From sequence record MT028491.1: a DNA stretch of 64,000 bases; one strand, given 5' to 3'. The notes below the pieces were generated by a model. The model saw only the letters and a program-made list of their open reading frames with translations, ran no database searches and was not told the origin of the DNA. Made by a program: the position numbers and the translations under genes. Below, piece by piece: positions 1-9,819 of this stretch. Numbering within the stretch: position 1 is the first letter of the stretch; every line of letters starts with the position of its first letter.

Positions 1-1
1 C

Positions 2-1381
2 TTAATTAAATTTAAATTTACTAAACTTTCCGTTTCCAGATTGAGCGCTTCCATTAGTATTTACATTGTTTGAATAGTTCGATTGAACGCTGTTATTATC
101 ATTTGGATCATAATAATTGACAGTTTCAGCATCAAATCCTAGGGTAAACATACCTATAGAGTCTTTGTTCGAATATCGAGACTTCAATACCTTAATAAAA
201 ATATTCTCAATTTCCTTTTCTTTTGGCTTGATAATTGCAAGCAAAAGATCGGCAGTCATGACAATACCATACGATTCCGATACGTCTTCCATTTCTGGAT
301 CACCTTCGGCATTTCGGTTAAACTGTGCGGCTGAAAAGAGCGCAACATTTTCGGTAATTGCAAGAGCGCGCAATTCTTCCGAAACCGACTTTTGAATCGT
401 ATATGAATTATGATTTTTAAGGCTTGCCTTGGCACTCTGTAGAATGCCCATATAATCAACATAAATGATGTCTGGAACGAACTTTTCCTTCATCTTAAGG
501 TCTTTAAGAAGAGACTTGATGTGAAGGACAGAACAGCTAGAAGTTGGAAGCTGTTTGATTTTTAGTTTGCCGAGTGTCTTAGTCTTTAGCTCTTGAATAC
601 GATTCTTAAATCGGTCCATTGTAATGTTACCGTTTTCAAGATCGTTAATGGAGAAGTTCAATAGGCTGGCGTCAATTCGCTGACCAATCTTAAATTCTTC
701 CATTTCCAAAGAGATATAAAGAACGTTGTAACCAAGCTTTAGATGATCGGCGGCACATTTACACATCATGCCGGTTTTACCCGCGTGTGGAGCGCCTAGG
801 AACAGATTGAAAGTCTTCTTTGGAACACCGCCATTTGTCGCCTTATTAAATGAGCCTATACCAAATGGAATCTTAACTTCCTTATTGGTATAGAAGGCGA
901 AACGACTTTCAAAATCGTCAAGATAGTCGTGTCCAATGGAACTATCAAAATCAACTGCTAGGGCATCTTCTAGAAGGCTTGGAACCTGACCAATCTCAAC
1001 AGCACCGTTTGTTCCTTGATAAGAATTCATTGCTTCGGCAATGGCGTTATAGATAGCCTTGTTTCGGCAATAATCCTTCGCCATATCCATCAACCAATCG
1101 GTATCATGTTTGGTTTCGATGTTGTCAGATATCTTGTTTAAAACGTCTTCAACCTGTTTAACCGCAATTTCGTTAAGTGTAGAATCGTTAGAAATATCAA
1201 TAGCTAGGGCTTGTAGATTGGTCTGTTTATCAAACTTTTCTTGATATTGCTTAATGTACTTGAGAATGATTTTCTCACCTTCATTAGCCATATATTCAGG
1301 CTTAATGTAAGGGATAGATTTTCTAAAAAAGTCGTCATCATTAATAAGGCCACTAAGGATAATTTGTGTTTCGGTTAGCAT
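2..1381 (-). CDS. gp41: Replicative DNA helicase (T4 gp41/DnaB-like)
   Basis: Walker A GAPHAGKT, Walker B IYVDY, SAAQFNR and DVSESYG motifs; follows uvsX as in T4-like phages. Confidence 0.95.
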   Translation of the reverse strand: MLTETQIILSGLINDDDFFRKSIPYIKPEYMANEGEKIILKYIKQYQEKFDKQTNLQALAIDISNDSTLNEIAVKQVEDVLNKISDNIETKHDTDWLMDMAKDYCRNKAIYNAIAEAMNSYQGTNGAVEIGQVPSLLEDALAVDFDSSIGHDYLDDFESRFAFYTNKEVKIPFGIGSFNKATNGGVPKKTFNLFLGAPHAGKTGMMCKCAADHLKLGYNVLYISLEMEEFKIGQRIDASLLNFSINDLENGNITMDRFKNRIQELKTKTLGKLKIKQLPTSSCSVLHIKSLLKDLKMKEKFVPDIIYVDYMGILQSAKASLKNHNSYTIQKSVSEELRALAITENVALFSAAQFNRNAEGDPEMEDVSESYGIVMTADLLLAIIKPKEKEIENIFIKVLKSRYSNKDSIGMFTLGFDAETVNYYDPNDNNSVQSNYSNNVNTNGSAQSGNGKFSKFKFN

Positions 1382-1404
1382 TAAATTCCTGAATAAAAAG
1401 TATG

Positions 1405-1440
1405 AAAAAATGGCATGGTTGCCTTTACGACAACCACACC
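1405..1440 (-). terminator. Intrinsic terminator between uvsX and gp41
   Basis: Minus strand GGTGTGGTTGTC-GTAAA-GGCAACCATGCC stem followed by a T6 tract. Confidence 0.6.
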
Positions 1441-1465
1441 GGTATGCGATTAAATTTTTAATAAA

Positions 1466-2575
1466 TTAATGGTCTAGATTGACAACCTTACCTTCAATGT
1501 CGTTGTCAATTTCTTCGCCAGCGATTTCAATATCTTCTTCGATATCAGCATCAGGAACAATCTCTTCCTCTTCTGGCTTACCACCTAACTTATAATTGAT
1601 TTGACACCAATTGTCAATCTTAGCTAGGACTTCATCAGTGAAATATTCTTCTGGATTACGCCAGATTTCCTTTTCATAGACTTTCTTACCGCCCGGAACC
1701 TCATAGCGAGTGGCTACCTTTTTGAAGATACCCAATTCTTCGGCAATTGGCAGAAGACCATAATATTTGTGTAGACCGGTCTGATAGGAAAGTTTAAGTT
1801 CAACCTTGATAGAATCGCGAGTGAAACGCGACTTATCCATCTTAATGGTCAAGATGTTACCAACAACATCATTGCCGTCCTTATCCTTTTTCTTGGAAAT
1901 CATTACGGTTGATGAAGCAGCATACTTAACACCACCACCGCCTGAAACTTCCTTTGTAGGGACATATGCACCAACAACCTGATAAGTGTGGTTGGTGAGG
2001 ATCAAAGGAACGCCAGCACGTCCAAGACGTTGTGTAAGTGTACGGAAGATAGAACGGATAATCTGTTGCTTGGTCATATCGCGAGTGTTCTTACCTTCGG
2101 TCGAGTCTTCCAATTCCTTAGAAGATGGAAGATTTCCAAGGGAATCGAGTACCATCAATAGAGGAACACGATCCTTTTCCTTTTGAGCTTCGATAGACTG
2201 TAGAATCTTGAGCGCCTTGCCTCTAAAATCCTCTAGGGTTTCAGGCTGGACAATATAGACGTTTTCTGCATTGATTTCACGTTGACGGAAGAATTCACGA
2301 TCAAGAGCAAATTCCGTATCAAAATAGACAACGCGACCAGTAGGATTATCAATCAAAAACTGTCTAACGGCAGTCAATGCAAAATAGGTCTTACCAACGG
2401 CACTTTCACCGGCAAATGCAGTGATACGGTTATTGGCCACACCACCAAAAATTGAGCCTGAAATAGCGGCATTTAGAGCATAACAACCGGTATCAATAAA
2501 CCCGGTAGTGGCGATTTCTTCCTGAAAATGAGGATCAACGCCCTTAATAATATCTAGAAATTCTGAGTCTTTCAA
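1466..2575 (-). CDS. uvsX: RecA-like recombinase UvsX
   Basis: GESAVGKT Walker A, VYFDTE, VLDSLG, SGGGGVKYAAS; TTG start. Confidence 0.95.
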   Translation of the reverse strand: MKDSEFLDIIKGVDPHFQEEIATTGFIDTGCYALNAAISGSIFGGVANNRITAFAGESAVGKTYFALTAVRQFLIDNPTGRVVYFDTEFALDREFFRQREINAENVYIVQPETLEDFRGKALKILQSIEAQKEKDRVPLLMVLDSLGNLPSSKELEDSTEGKNTRDMTKQQIIRSIFRTLTQRLGRAGVPLILTNHTYQVVGAYVPTKEVSGGGGVKYAASSTVMISKKKDKDGNDVVGNILTIKMDKSRFTRDSIKVELKLSYQTGLHKYYGLLPIAEELGIFKKVATRYEVPGGKKVYEKEIWRNPEEYFTDEVLAKIDNWCQINYKLGGKPEEEEIVPDADIEEDIEIAGEEIDNDIEGKVVNLDH

Positions 2576-2577
2576 AA

Positions 2578-2826
2578 TTATTTCCTTATTTCTTTAAGTA
2601 ATTTCTTAACTTTTTTAATATTTTGTTCAATATCATCTACACGATCTGGCCATTTAATAGTAACCACACCGTTCTTATCAGGTAGATTTTTTAGATTTTC
2701 AAGTAAAGACATAATAAGTTCTTCTAATTCGTCTATTGACTTACTATTGTCTTTTTCTTGTTTAGTACGCTTTGGGTTTAGAGTTTCTTCCCTAAACCCA
2801 AAGTCATCATCAGAAAAAGAAGTCAT
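2578..2826 (-). CDS. Small hypothetical protein between gp43 and uvsX
   Basis: 82-aa ORF tightly packed between the two genes; no recognisable motif. Confidence 0.7.
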   Translation of the reverse strand: MTSFSDDDFGFREETLNPKRTKQEKDNSKSIDELEELIMSLLENLKNLPDKNGVVTIKWPDRVDDIEQNIKKVKKLLKEIRK

Positions 2827-5335
2827 CTAATGTTGCTTGTTCCTCTAGCGTCCAACGTCTGGTTTCCAGAAGTCTAGACAAAGGTTCTTCAAATACTTTT
2901 TGAAATTGAGTATCATAATCAATAAACCCATCTAACTGAAATTCTTTTGGAAGTTCTGTTAGACACGCCAAGTCTTTAAAACCTAGTGGGTTTGGGGTTT
3001 TCAATGCAACGATCTTAATTTTGTCGCCAGAATTAATAAGGTCGTATCGTTCCTTCAAATTGTGATGATTCAAGAGTTTGTTATACAGAGCGCTTGCTTT
3101 TGCATTTTGCGGTGCACCCTTAATTGGATTTCCCTTATGATCTGTATATTTTCCAAGATCGCTAATACCCTTGGAAATACCGATTTCATGGAAAGCCATA
3201 TTCTTGAATTCTTCACGTTTTTTATTGGTGAATTCCCAAATGTCCTTTTCCTGCCCTGTGATAATAATCTTCATCGCATCACCCATCCATTCACGCACCT
3301 TATGTGGTGTAGATGTCTGGACAACCTCAAGGCCGGTTACAGTAAGCTTTGGTTCGCTATAACGAACTTTTTCCGAATCCCAAACATAAAGGCCATAACG
3401 CTTTTTGGCAGTCTGAATCATCACTTCGCAAATCTTTTCTCTCTTGAAAGAAAGCTTGCGCTGGAATGAATTCAAATAGTCGGCAAGGTCTTCAAAACAC
3501 TTATCGAAAACAGGCTGTAGCTTTTCATCTGAGACACGATCTAGGAAGTTAACAATGTCTTCCTTTGTCGCATTTGGGCGCTTGGCTAGAAGGATATCAA
3601 CGAATTTCGAGCAATCAAGATAGATCGAGTCAGTGTCGCCATAAACAACATACTCTTGATCAAATGTACCTAATGTCTTATTGAGATATTCATTGATATA
3701 TTTCATAGCCGATAGAATCGTAAGCTGGCCTGAAATGGTAACAGCTTCGGCATTCTTAAGACTATAATAACGGAAATTAGGTTCTCCTAGAGCGCCGTAT
3801 AGAGCATTAATAGCAACCTTACGGGCATTCTGTGAGACGTTTTCAATGGCTTCTGTTAGTGACCATTTATCATATTCCGCCGTATCACCTTTGTTCTTGA
3901 AATCCTGTGCCAAACGAGCAGCATCAAGCATTTTGTTTTTATGCTCTTTACGCTTGTTGAAGAACAGTTCAATAACTTCTGGAATGATCCCTTTGAAATC
4001 TCTTGTGTAGAGAACACCATTAGCCGACATGCAAAGGTTTTCGTTTTGGAAACGTTTTCTCTCTGCAAAATCATCCTGATTGATAAGATGGTTTAGGGAT
4101 ACACCAGATACAAAACCACGCATGGTTTCTGGTGAAATGTTATAGTGCATAATAATCGAAGGATATAGACTTGTCAAGTCAAAAGATACAACCCAAGGAC
4201 TAAAATGAGGTTCAACCTCTTTTACATATGCACCTTCAAATTTAACTTTAGGATTAGATTGACGTGGTGGAATAACAATATTATTCTTCTTAAGATAATT
4301 GAAAAGAATAGCATCCCACATTCTAGTATTATGAAGAATATCTTCATAATTACACTTCGCGTCATAAGTCATAGAGATAATAAGATCGAATAATTTCTTC
4401 TTATCATCAAGATCAGCTAGTAGTTCAACGTCCTGTACGTTATACTCAATATGATTTTGCGGGTCTGTTCTATACAACAAATGGCCCGGAATACCGTTAT
4501 CTAGCTTAAGCTTGCCTTTTCCTAATTCATTTCTACAAACCCATTCAAGAGCATATGAAGCTTGTGGACTAAACCCCATTTTCTTATACAAGAATTGATA
4601 GTCGATATGGGTAACACCTAAAAGAGTATATTCCTTTACCAGCTTACCGTTTTCGTAATATTCTCTTTCTCTAATTTCTTTCCATGGAGAAAGGCGCTTG
4701 GCAAATGAATCATCCAAGACTTTACGAATTCTATTGATGATATAAGGCAAATCGAAACCAGCCGAATACCAACCAGTGATGATGTCAAAACCAGTTTCTT
4801 CCATGAAACGAACAAAGTCTGCCAACATTTCATGTTCATAATCATATTTCTTGAATACAGTCTTACGGTTGGGATCGGGAACATAATCATTGATAGCAAA
4901 AACATAATAAGTACGGTTCCATTCAACAGTGATAACATTAATCACTTCTGGTGTACCGTATGGATCGGGTCTTGATCCTTCTGTTACTTCTGTTTCAATG
5001 TCGAGGCGACCAATTCTAATCAGGGATCGATTGTATGCTACGGCTTCATCTGGAAACTCATCCGACAAAAAAGCGTAGGTGAAATTATCCATGCCATAGA
5101 TTTCAAACCCATCAACATCCTTATATTGGTTGATAAAGTTATTGGCGTCTTTCAAACCATCAAAATGATGTGGTTTGACGTTCTTTCCTTCAAGGGTTTT
5201 GTATCCTGTAGGATCATTAGAAAGCGTGAATAGAGTTGGTTCATAAGGAACCTTTCGATTGAAAGGCTCACCATTCTCATAACCACGCAAGAGGATATTG
5301 TTACCCCACTTTACAGCGTTGGTATAAAAATACAT
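2810..5335 (-). CDS. gp43: Family B DNA polymerase (T4 gp43-like)
   Basis: Exonuclease DIET and GFDLPY; SFDLTSLYPS, KVAINALYG, YGDTDS; C-terminal clamp-binding TLDDFF. Confidence 0.97.
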   Translation of the reverse strand: MYFYTNAVKWGNNILLRGYENGEPFNRKVPYEPTLFTLSNDPTGYKTLEGKNVKPHHFDGLKDANNFINQYKDVDGFEIYGMDNFTYAFLSDEFPDEAVAYNRSLIRIGRLDIETEVTEGSRPDPYGTPEVINVITVEWNRTYYVFAINDYVPDPNRKTVFKKYDYEHEMLADFVRFMEETGFDIITGWYSAGFDLPYIINRIRKVLDDSFAKRLSPWKEIREREYYENGKLVKEYTLLGVTHIDYQFLYKKMGFSPQASYALEWVCRNELGKGKLKLDNGIPGHLLYRTDPQNHIEYNVQDVELLADLDDKKKLFDLIISMTYDAKCNYEDILHNTRMWDAILFNYLKKNNIVIPPRQSNPKVKFEGAYVKEVEPHFSPWVVSFDLTSLYPSIIMHYNISPETMRGFVSGVSLNHLINQDDFAERKRFQNENLCMSANGVLYTRDFKGIIPEVIELFFNKRKEHKNKMLDAARLAQDFKNKGDTAEYDKWSLTEAIENVSQNARKVAINALYGALGEPNFRYYSLKNAEAVTISGQLTILSAMKYINEYLNKTLGTFDQEYVVYGDTDSIYLDCSKFVDILLAKRPNATKEDIVNFLDRVSDEKLQPVFDKCFEDLADYLNSFQRKLSFKREKICEVMIQTAKKRYGLYVWDSEKVRYSEPKLTVTGLEVVQTSTPHKVREWMGDAMKIIITGQEKDIWEFTNKKREEFKNMAFHEIGISKGISDLGKYTDHKGNPIKGAPQNAKASALYNKLLNHHNLKERYDLINSGDKIKIVALKTPNPLGFKDLACLTELPKEFQLDGFIDYDTQFQKVFEEPLSRLLETRRWTLEEQATLDDFFF

Positions 5336-5436
5336 TAAATTCCTATATAAAAATCAAAATAATTATCACATTGATTCCAAAGCGGAATCAAATGCATATT
5401 AAAATCGTATGCGTATTATATATCATAAACATAAGC

Positions 5437-5476
5437 AAAAAACAAGGGCAGAGTCGTTAAACCCTACCCCTTGTTT
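5437..5476 (-). terminator. Intrinsic terminator after the Gly/Asn-rich gene
   Basis: Minus strand AACAAGGGGTAGGGT-TTAACG-ACTCTGCCCTTGTT followed by a T tract. Confidence 0.6.
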
Positions 5477-5506
5477 TCATTTTTTAATGGTTTAGGCTGT
5501 TATGGA

Positions 5507-6454
5507 TTAGTGGCGACCGCCACCCTTTCCACCACCGGAATTGCCTTTGCCGCCACCGTTGCCGTTGCCATTTCCATGGCCATTTCCGTTACCGTTGCCA
5601 TTCCCATGACCATGGCCATTATTGCCGGAATTTCCGTTACCGTTGCCGTTACCATTATTGCCGGAATTTCCGTTACCGTTGCCGTTACCATTATTGGAAC
5701 CACCGTTGCCAGTGCCGGGACCATTGCCACCGGTATTACCACCGCCATTGCCGGGATTTCCGTTATTACCATTTCCATTGCCGGGTCCACCGGTATTACC
5801 GTTGCCGTTTCCATTACCGTTGTTTCCACCAGTATCACCGCCACCAGTGTTACCGCCTGTGTCTCCACCACCGGTATTTCCACCGTTGTCAGAACCACCG
5901 TTATCACCGCCACCGGAATTATCACCACCGCCAGTGTTTCCGCCGCCGTTATCCGATCCACCGGTATTATCACCACCGCCTGTGTCTCCACCACCGGTAT
6001 TTCCGCCGGTATTATCGCCACCGCCAGTGTTTCCGCCGTTGTCAGAACCACCAGTATTTCCACCTGTGTTTCCGCCAGAGCCGGAGTCAGTTCCACCAGT
6101 ATTGCCCGTATTCGATCCACCGGTATTTCCACCAGTTGAACCAGTACCGGAACCAGAGTCCGTGCCGCCCGTCGAACCAGAACCGGCGTTAGTACCACCA
6201 GTTGCACCACCGGAAGTGCCGGAATTTGCACCACTGGTATTTCCGCCAGTATTCGTACCGCCATTGGCACCACTGTTTCCCTTGCCGGAATCTGAATGAT
6301 CAGACCCACGACCGGACGAACCAGCATCACCGAAAAGCGTTCGCTTATAGACAATGGCATTACCCTTGTCGATATCGCTGGCGTCAAGTGCACCAGCATA
6401 GGCAGCGCCCGACATAAGAACAGCAACGGCCATAGACAGGTAAATACGCTTCAT
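5507..6454 (-). CDS. Secreted Gly/Asn-rich repeat protein with Sec signal peptide
   Basis: AAGGAG SD precedes ATG at 6454 (MKRIYLSMAVAVLMSGAAYA-GA: n/h/c regions, AxA site); then GGNT, GGGDN and GNGNGN repeats. Confidence 0.8.
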   Translation of the reverse strand: MKRIYLSMAVAVLMSGAAYAGALDASDIDKGNAIVYKRTLFGDAGSSGRGSDHSDSGKGNSGANGGTNTGGNTSGANSGTSGGATGGTNAGSGSTGGTDSGSGTGSTGGNTGGSNTGNTGGTDSGSGGNTGGNTGGSDNGGNTGGGDNTGGNTGGGDTGGGDNTGGSDNGGGNTGGGDNSGGGDNGGSDNGGNTGGGDTGGNTGGGDTGGNNGNGNGNGNTGGPGNGNGNNGNPGNGGGNTGGNGPGTGNGGSNNGNGNGNGNSGNNGNGNGNGNSGNNGHGHGNGNGNGNGHGNGNGNGGGKGNSGGGKGGGRH

Positions 6455-6581
6455 GTTTTTCTCCTTTTCACAATTGAACTCATAACAAATAAACATGTTC
6501 TAACGGGTGTTTTAGTCACCCTCACAACACCATATCTAACACTTAATTTTTGGATGTCAACAACAAAATAAAGAAAAAAAT

Positions 6582-6602
6582 AAAAAAGGGGCCGAAGCCC
6601 CT
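6582..6602 (-). terminator. cUUCGg intrinsic terminator after the hsp20-like gene
   Basis: Minus strand AGGGGC-TTCG-GCCCCT-TTTTT. Confidence 0.85.
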
Positions 6603-6608
6603 AAAATT

Positions 6609-7217
6609 TTACTTAATAGCTATTTTCTTTGGCTTTGGTTGAGCCGCAACAGACAGTGGTTTCGTCAATATACGAAGTTCGCCATTGATCAATTCTACGC
6701 TTTCAACATCGGATTGATATGTACACTCGAAATGTACCGTATTTGGTCTTTCAACTATACCACCAATCTTTTTAAAACCGGCTGGAATAGTTGATTCTTT
6801 CTTGGCATCCACGACAATATGAAAATTTCCATCGCTTTGCTTGGTACTGGTTACTTCAATCTGGTCTTTTGTGAAGCCAACAACTTCAACAATAACCATT
6901 GCGCTACCGGTTTCAGTGTTAAAGTAATAAAGAGCTTTGCGATTATTACCATTAATCATTTCATTATCAGTAATGCGTCTGGAACGAATTGGTTCCATAA
7001 TTTTCTTTTCCCATTGATTTTGATAATCAATGCCATCACGACCATCAAACAAAATATCGTCTGGATATGCGCTTGACTGACTTTCACCCGGAAGATCGAT
7101 TTTATCAACCAATTCACCAGAAGTTGGATCAATAAAATGAATGGACTTAACACCCATTCCACCAAGAACGTTTCCAATCTTATCAATCATAGCCTGTTCT
7201 TCTGTATTTTTAATCAT
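6609..7217 (-). CDS. Small heat-shock protein (Hsp20/alpha-crystallin-like), divergent
   Basis: VVGFTKDQIEV...VELINGELRI and C-terminal KKIAIK (IxI) motif; regA-hsp20-gp43 synteny of marine T4-like phages. Confidence 0.65.
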   Translation of the reverse strand: MIKNTEEQAMIDKIGNVLGGMGVKSIHFIDPTSGELVDKIDLPGESQSSAYPDDILFDGRDGIDYQNQWEKKIMEPIRSRRITDNEMINGNNRKALYYFNTETGSAMVIVEVVGFTKDQIEVTSTKQSDGNFHIVVDAKKESTIPAGFKKIGGIVERPNTVHFECTYQSDVESVELINGELRILTKPLSVAAQPKPKKIAIK

Positions 7218-7281
7218 TATAAGCCTTTCAATTCACTACAGTTTTTAAATTCATGTTAGGCGGTATATAAACCATTATCCT

Positions 7282-7314
7282 AAAAAGACAATAGGCGGAT
7301 CGAAACCCGCCTAT
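7282..7314 (-). terminator. Probable terminator after regA
   Basis: ATAGGCGG / CCGCCTAT 8-bp stem with T-rich tail on the minus strand. Confidence 0.55.
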
Positions 7315-7318
7315 AAAA

Positions 7319-7729
7319 TTATTCCGTTTCCGGCTTCTTTTTGCGTCCAACCTTATATTTGTGGATAAGTTCCCAATTTTCCCTATCAGAGAACTTGACA
7401 ATGACAATCTTATCCATCTTAGCCCTTGGTTCTTCAATAAGATTTTTATCGACAACCTCAATCAACCCCCACTGTTCAAGCAAGGAAATGATTGTATTGC
7501 GTCTGGCAATATCAGACTTGGCTAAGGTTGATTCACGCCCATCAAGCAAGAACAATTCCTTGAAATGGACGATGAAAAATTTACCCTTCTTATGAAGGAT
7601 ATGGCAGGACTGATATAGCTTCTTTTCTTTACTTGAAGCCACACCCATTCTTGTAAGAGTTTCTTTTACTTTTAAAAAATCATCTGGACTCTTTAAAGTA
7701 ATTTCAACAAAGTTGATTTCACTAGACAT
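7319..7729 (-). CDS. regA: Translational repressor RegA
   Basis: PDDFLKVKETLTRMGVAS...LYQSCHILHKKG..IVHFKELFLLDG; start moved to ATG 7729 behind an AAGGTGG SD. Confidence 0.95.
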   Translation of the reverse strand: MSSEINFVEITLKSPDDFLKVKETLTRMGVASSKEKKLYQSCHILHKKGKFFIVHFKELFLLDGRESTLAKSDIARRNTIISLLEQWGLIEVVDKNLIEEPRAKMDKIVIVKFSDRENWELIHKYKVGRKKKPETE

Positions 7730-8120
7730 CACGTCTACCACCTTTGAACAATACTTTTTCTAATTCTTCTTTTTGTTGTTCATTCAATAATCCTGCAATT
7801 TCACATGCTTTACGGTAGGATACATTGTAAACTTGCATGACGAGTTGAATTTCGTCGGACTCATGCTTCTTAAACCACTTGCCAAAACGATAACCCTTTG
7901 GCAGTGCGTAGTAATAAAAATCATAGTTCATTTCATCCGTCATATTTGGCATTTGATTAGCCATATTTGCGTATAAAATGGAGTCCTTGCAATTGGCGAA
8001 AGCCTTGTTAATTACAAACTGGTTGTAAAGCTTTCCTTCCATATCTGGCGAGAACATGTACTCTTTTTTGTTAATGCTCTTCACCAAATCAAAGATATTT
8101 ATCTCTTTTTCTTCACTCAT
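7722..8120 (-). CDS. gp62: Clamp loader small subunit
   Basis: YNQFVINKAF...YDFYYYALPKGYRFGKW; position between gp44 and regA. Confidence 0.9.
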   Translation of the reverse strand: MSEEKEINIFDLVKSINKKEYMFSPDMEGKLYNQFVINKAFANCKDSILYANMANQMPNMTDEMNYDFYYYALPKGYRFGKWFKKHESDEIQLVMQVYNVSYRKACEIAGLLNEQQKEELEKVLFKGGRRDV

Positions 8121-9064
8121 TTGAACTCACATTCGCCCATAATTTGCATGAGCATGGCAATTAGGTGGATTTCCTTGCTACTCGCATGAACGAATGTTTT
8201 GTCTGCTTCATTAAGCTGATAAATCAAAACAGGAACCGATTCTGGTACAACCTGTTTGGAGACTTCGGCATAAAGACGCTCAATAAGATGACGGAATTCA
8301 AGATCACCGTTTTCAGCTACCCATTGGCGCATATCATCGAATCGACGTTCCTTAACAAGTGTGATAAGACCTTCGATTAGCTTGTCATCAAGAGCGGTAA
8401 GAATACCGGTATTGATTTCATTATGATCATTGGCAAACTTCTGTAGCTTGTTCAACATGCGCCGCATGTCTGGTAGCATTGTCTTGACAACTTCCTTCAT
8501 GACTTCCTTGTCATAGGGGACTTTTTCAGTGTCAAGAATATTAAGAAGAATTTTGAACAGTGGTGGAATGACTTCTTTTAGTTCACTCTTGCTGTAATGG
8601 AAATCAATCTCAATCAATCGACTATCGCGGATTGGTTCGATAATCTGATTTGGATAGTTACAGGTAAGAATAAAGCCACAAGAGCCGGAAAACTGTTCCA
8701 TAAGGCCACGAAGAGCCTTTTGTGTAAGAATGTTAAGGCCATCAGCTTCATCGATGATGACATATTTGCGCTCGCCTTCAAGAGACAATGCAGACGCGAA
8801 TTCGGACACATCATTACGAAGCATATCAATACCACGATCAAGCGAACCATTGATAAACAGTACATCACGTCCTAGAGCGCGGATTGCCGCTTGCGCAATC
8901 GTTGTCTTTCCAGTTCCGGGCGGTCCAAAAAGTAGGAGATTTGGGATTTCCCCACCTTCAACGAACTTATGGAACGAATTCTTGATTCTATTCGGAAGTG
9001 CACATTCGTCAATAGTCTGTGGCTGGTATTTCAGATACCAAACAAATTTTTCGTGATTATCCAT
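8117..9064 (-). CDS. gp44: Clamp loader ATPase subunit
   Basis: KYQPQTIDEC, GPPGTGKTT, IIDEAD, FILTCN RFC-type motifs. Confidence 0.95.
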   Translation of the reverse strand: MDNHEKFVWYLKYQPQTIDECALPNRIKNSFHKFVEGGEIPNLLLFGPPGTGKTTIAQAAIRALGRDVLFINGSLDRGIDMLRNDVSEFASALSLEGERKYVIIDEADGLNILTQKALRGLMEQFSGSCGFILTCNYPNQIIEPIRDSRLIEIDFHYSKSELKEVIPPLFKILLNILDTEKVPYDKEVMKEVVKTMLPDMRRMLNKLQKFANDHNEINTGILTALDDKLIEGLITLVKERRFDDMRQWVAENGDLEFRHLIERLYAEVSKQVVPESVPVLIYQLNEADKTFVHASSKEIHLIAMLMQIMGECEFK

Positions 9065-9080
9065 TATAAAAGTCCTTTAC

Positions 9081-9755
9081 TCACGGTTCGATTCGCGAGT
9101 CCAAATTACAAACAACAACATACTTAGCATCATATGTTTTAGTTTCGATGCTCAAAATAGCCACCTTACCAGCATCATGGACATTAAAGGTGTACTCTTC
9201 ATCCTTGATCAATCTCATTAGATCGATATTGACAGATAGATCGAAAACACGATCAGTATTGCCAACCTCAATAGCAATTGTCTTTCCCTTTTGCTGTTCG
9301 CCAGTACAGAAGAAAATACTCTTACCATCGGCGCGGAAATTGAATTGATTGCTCTTGAAAATACCGGAAGCTGTTCGAACCTTGTTATAGGTATTTTGAT
9401 CAATCTTGAATGATAGGATTGCATCAGGAAGGTTTGCGCCGTTCTTTTCCTTGTAATCCTTCAAAAAAGCTTCACTGCAATAGGAATACTGAATCGAGTC
9501 ATTACCTTGCTTGATCGTTAAAGCCGTCTCTGAAAACTCAATTTCAGGTTCATCAAACAGGGAAATAGCTTGTAGAAGGCGCTTGACTTCGAAGATAGGG
9601 AAACGTCTAGGAAACTCTTCTTCTAGGTTTACATCCATCAAAATCTTGCCGGAAATGTCGGTAACAACCTGTTTGCGACCTTGCTTGAAAATGATGGTAT
9701 CATTAATCTGACTAAGATTATCAAGGATTTTAATCGTGTCCTTGCTAAGTTTCAT
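9081..9755 (-). CDS. gp45: Sliding clamp
   Basis: MKLSKDTIKILDNLSQIN N-terminus typical of gp45; directly upstream of gp44. Confidence 0.9.
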   Translation of the reverse strand: MKLSKDTIKILDNLSQINDTIIFKQGRKQVVTDISGKILMDVNLEEEFPRRFPIFEVKRLLQAISLFDEPEIEFSETALTIKQGNDSIQYSYCSEAFLKDYKEKNGANLPDAILSFKIDQNTYNKVRTASGIFKSNQFNFRADGKSIFFCTGEQQKGKTIAIEVGNTDRVFDLSVNIDLMRLIKDEEYTFNVHDAGKVAILSIETKTYDAKYVVVCNLDSRIEP

Positions 9756-9782
9756 TATAAATTCACTCCAAAAAATTAATTA

Positions 9783-9819
9783 TAAAAATAGGGTGCCGGG
9801 ATTATTTCCCGACATCCTT
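9783..9819 (-). terminator. Probable terminator upstream of gp45
   Basis: Minus strand GGATGTCGGGA-AATAA-TCCCGGCACCC then TATTTTT. Confidence 0.55.

Noticed and set aside
5520-6300. Tandem DNA repeats as a possible CRISPR array or VNTR element
   Set aside because: Repeats are degenerate, in-frame and codon-driven, with no constant repeat/unique spacer period and no cas genes.
5471-6426. Long overlapping ORFs in other frames (5471-6139 +, 5622-6299 +, 5500-6426 -), including a poly-Pro product
   Set aside because: Shadows of the Gly/Asn repeat gene: GGN/AAY codon repeats contain few stops in other frames. Only the 6454 start has an SD and a signal peptide.
7228-7461. 77-aa minus-strand ORF overlapping regA
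   Set aside because: Out of frame within regA and runs through a terminator hairpin; no SD.
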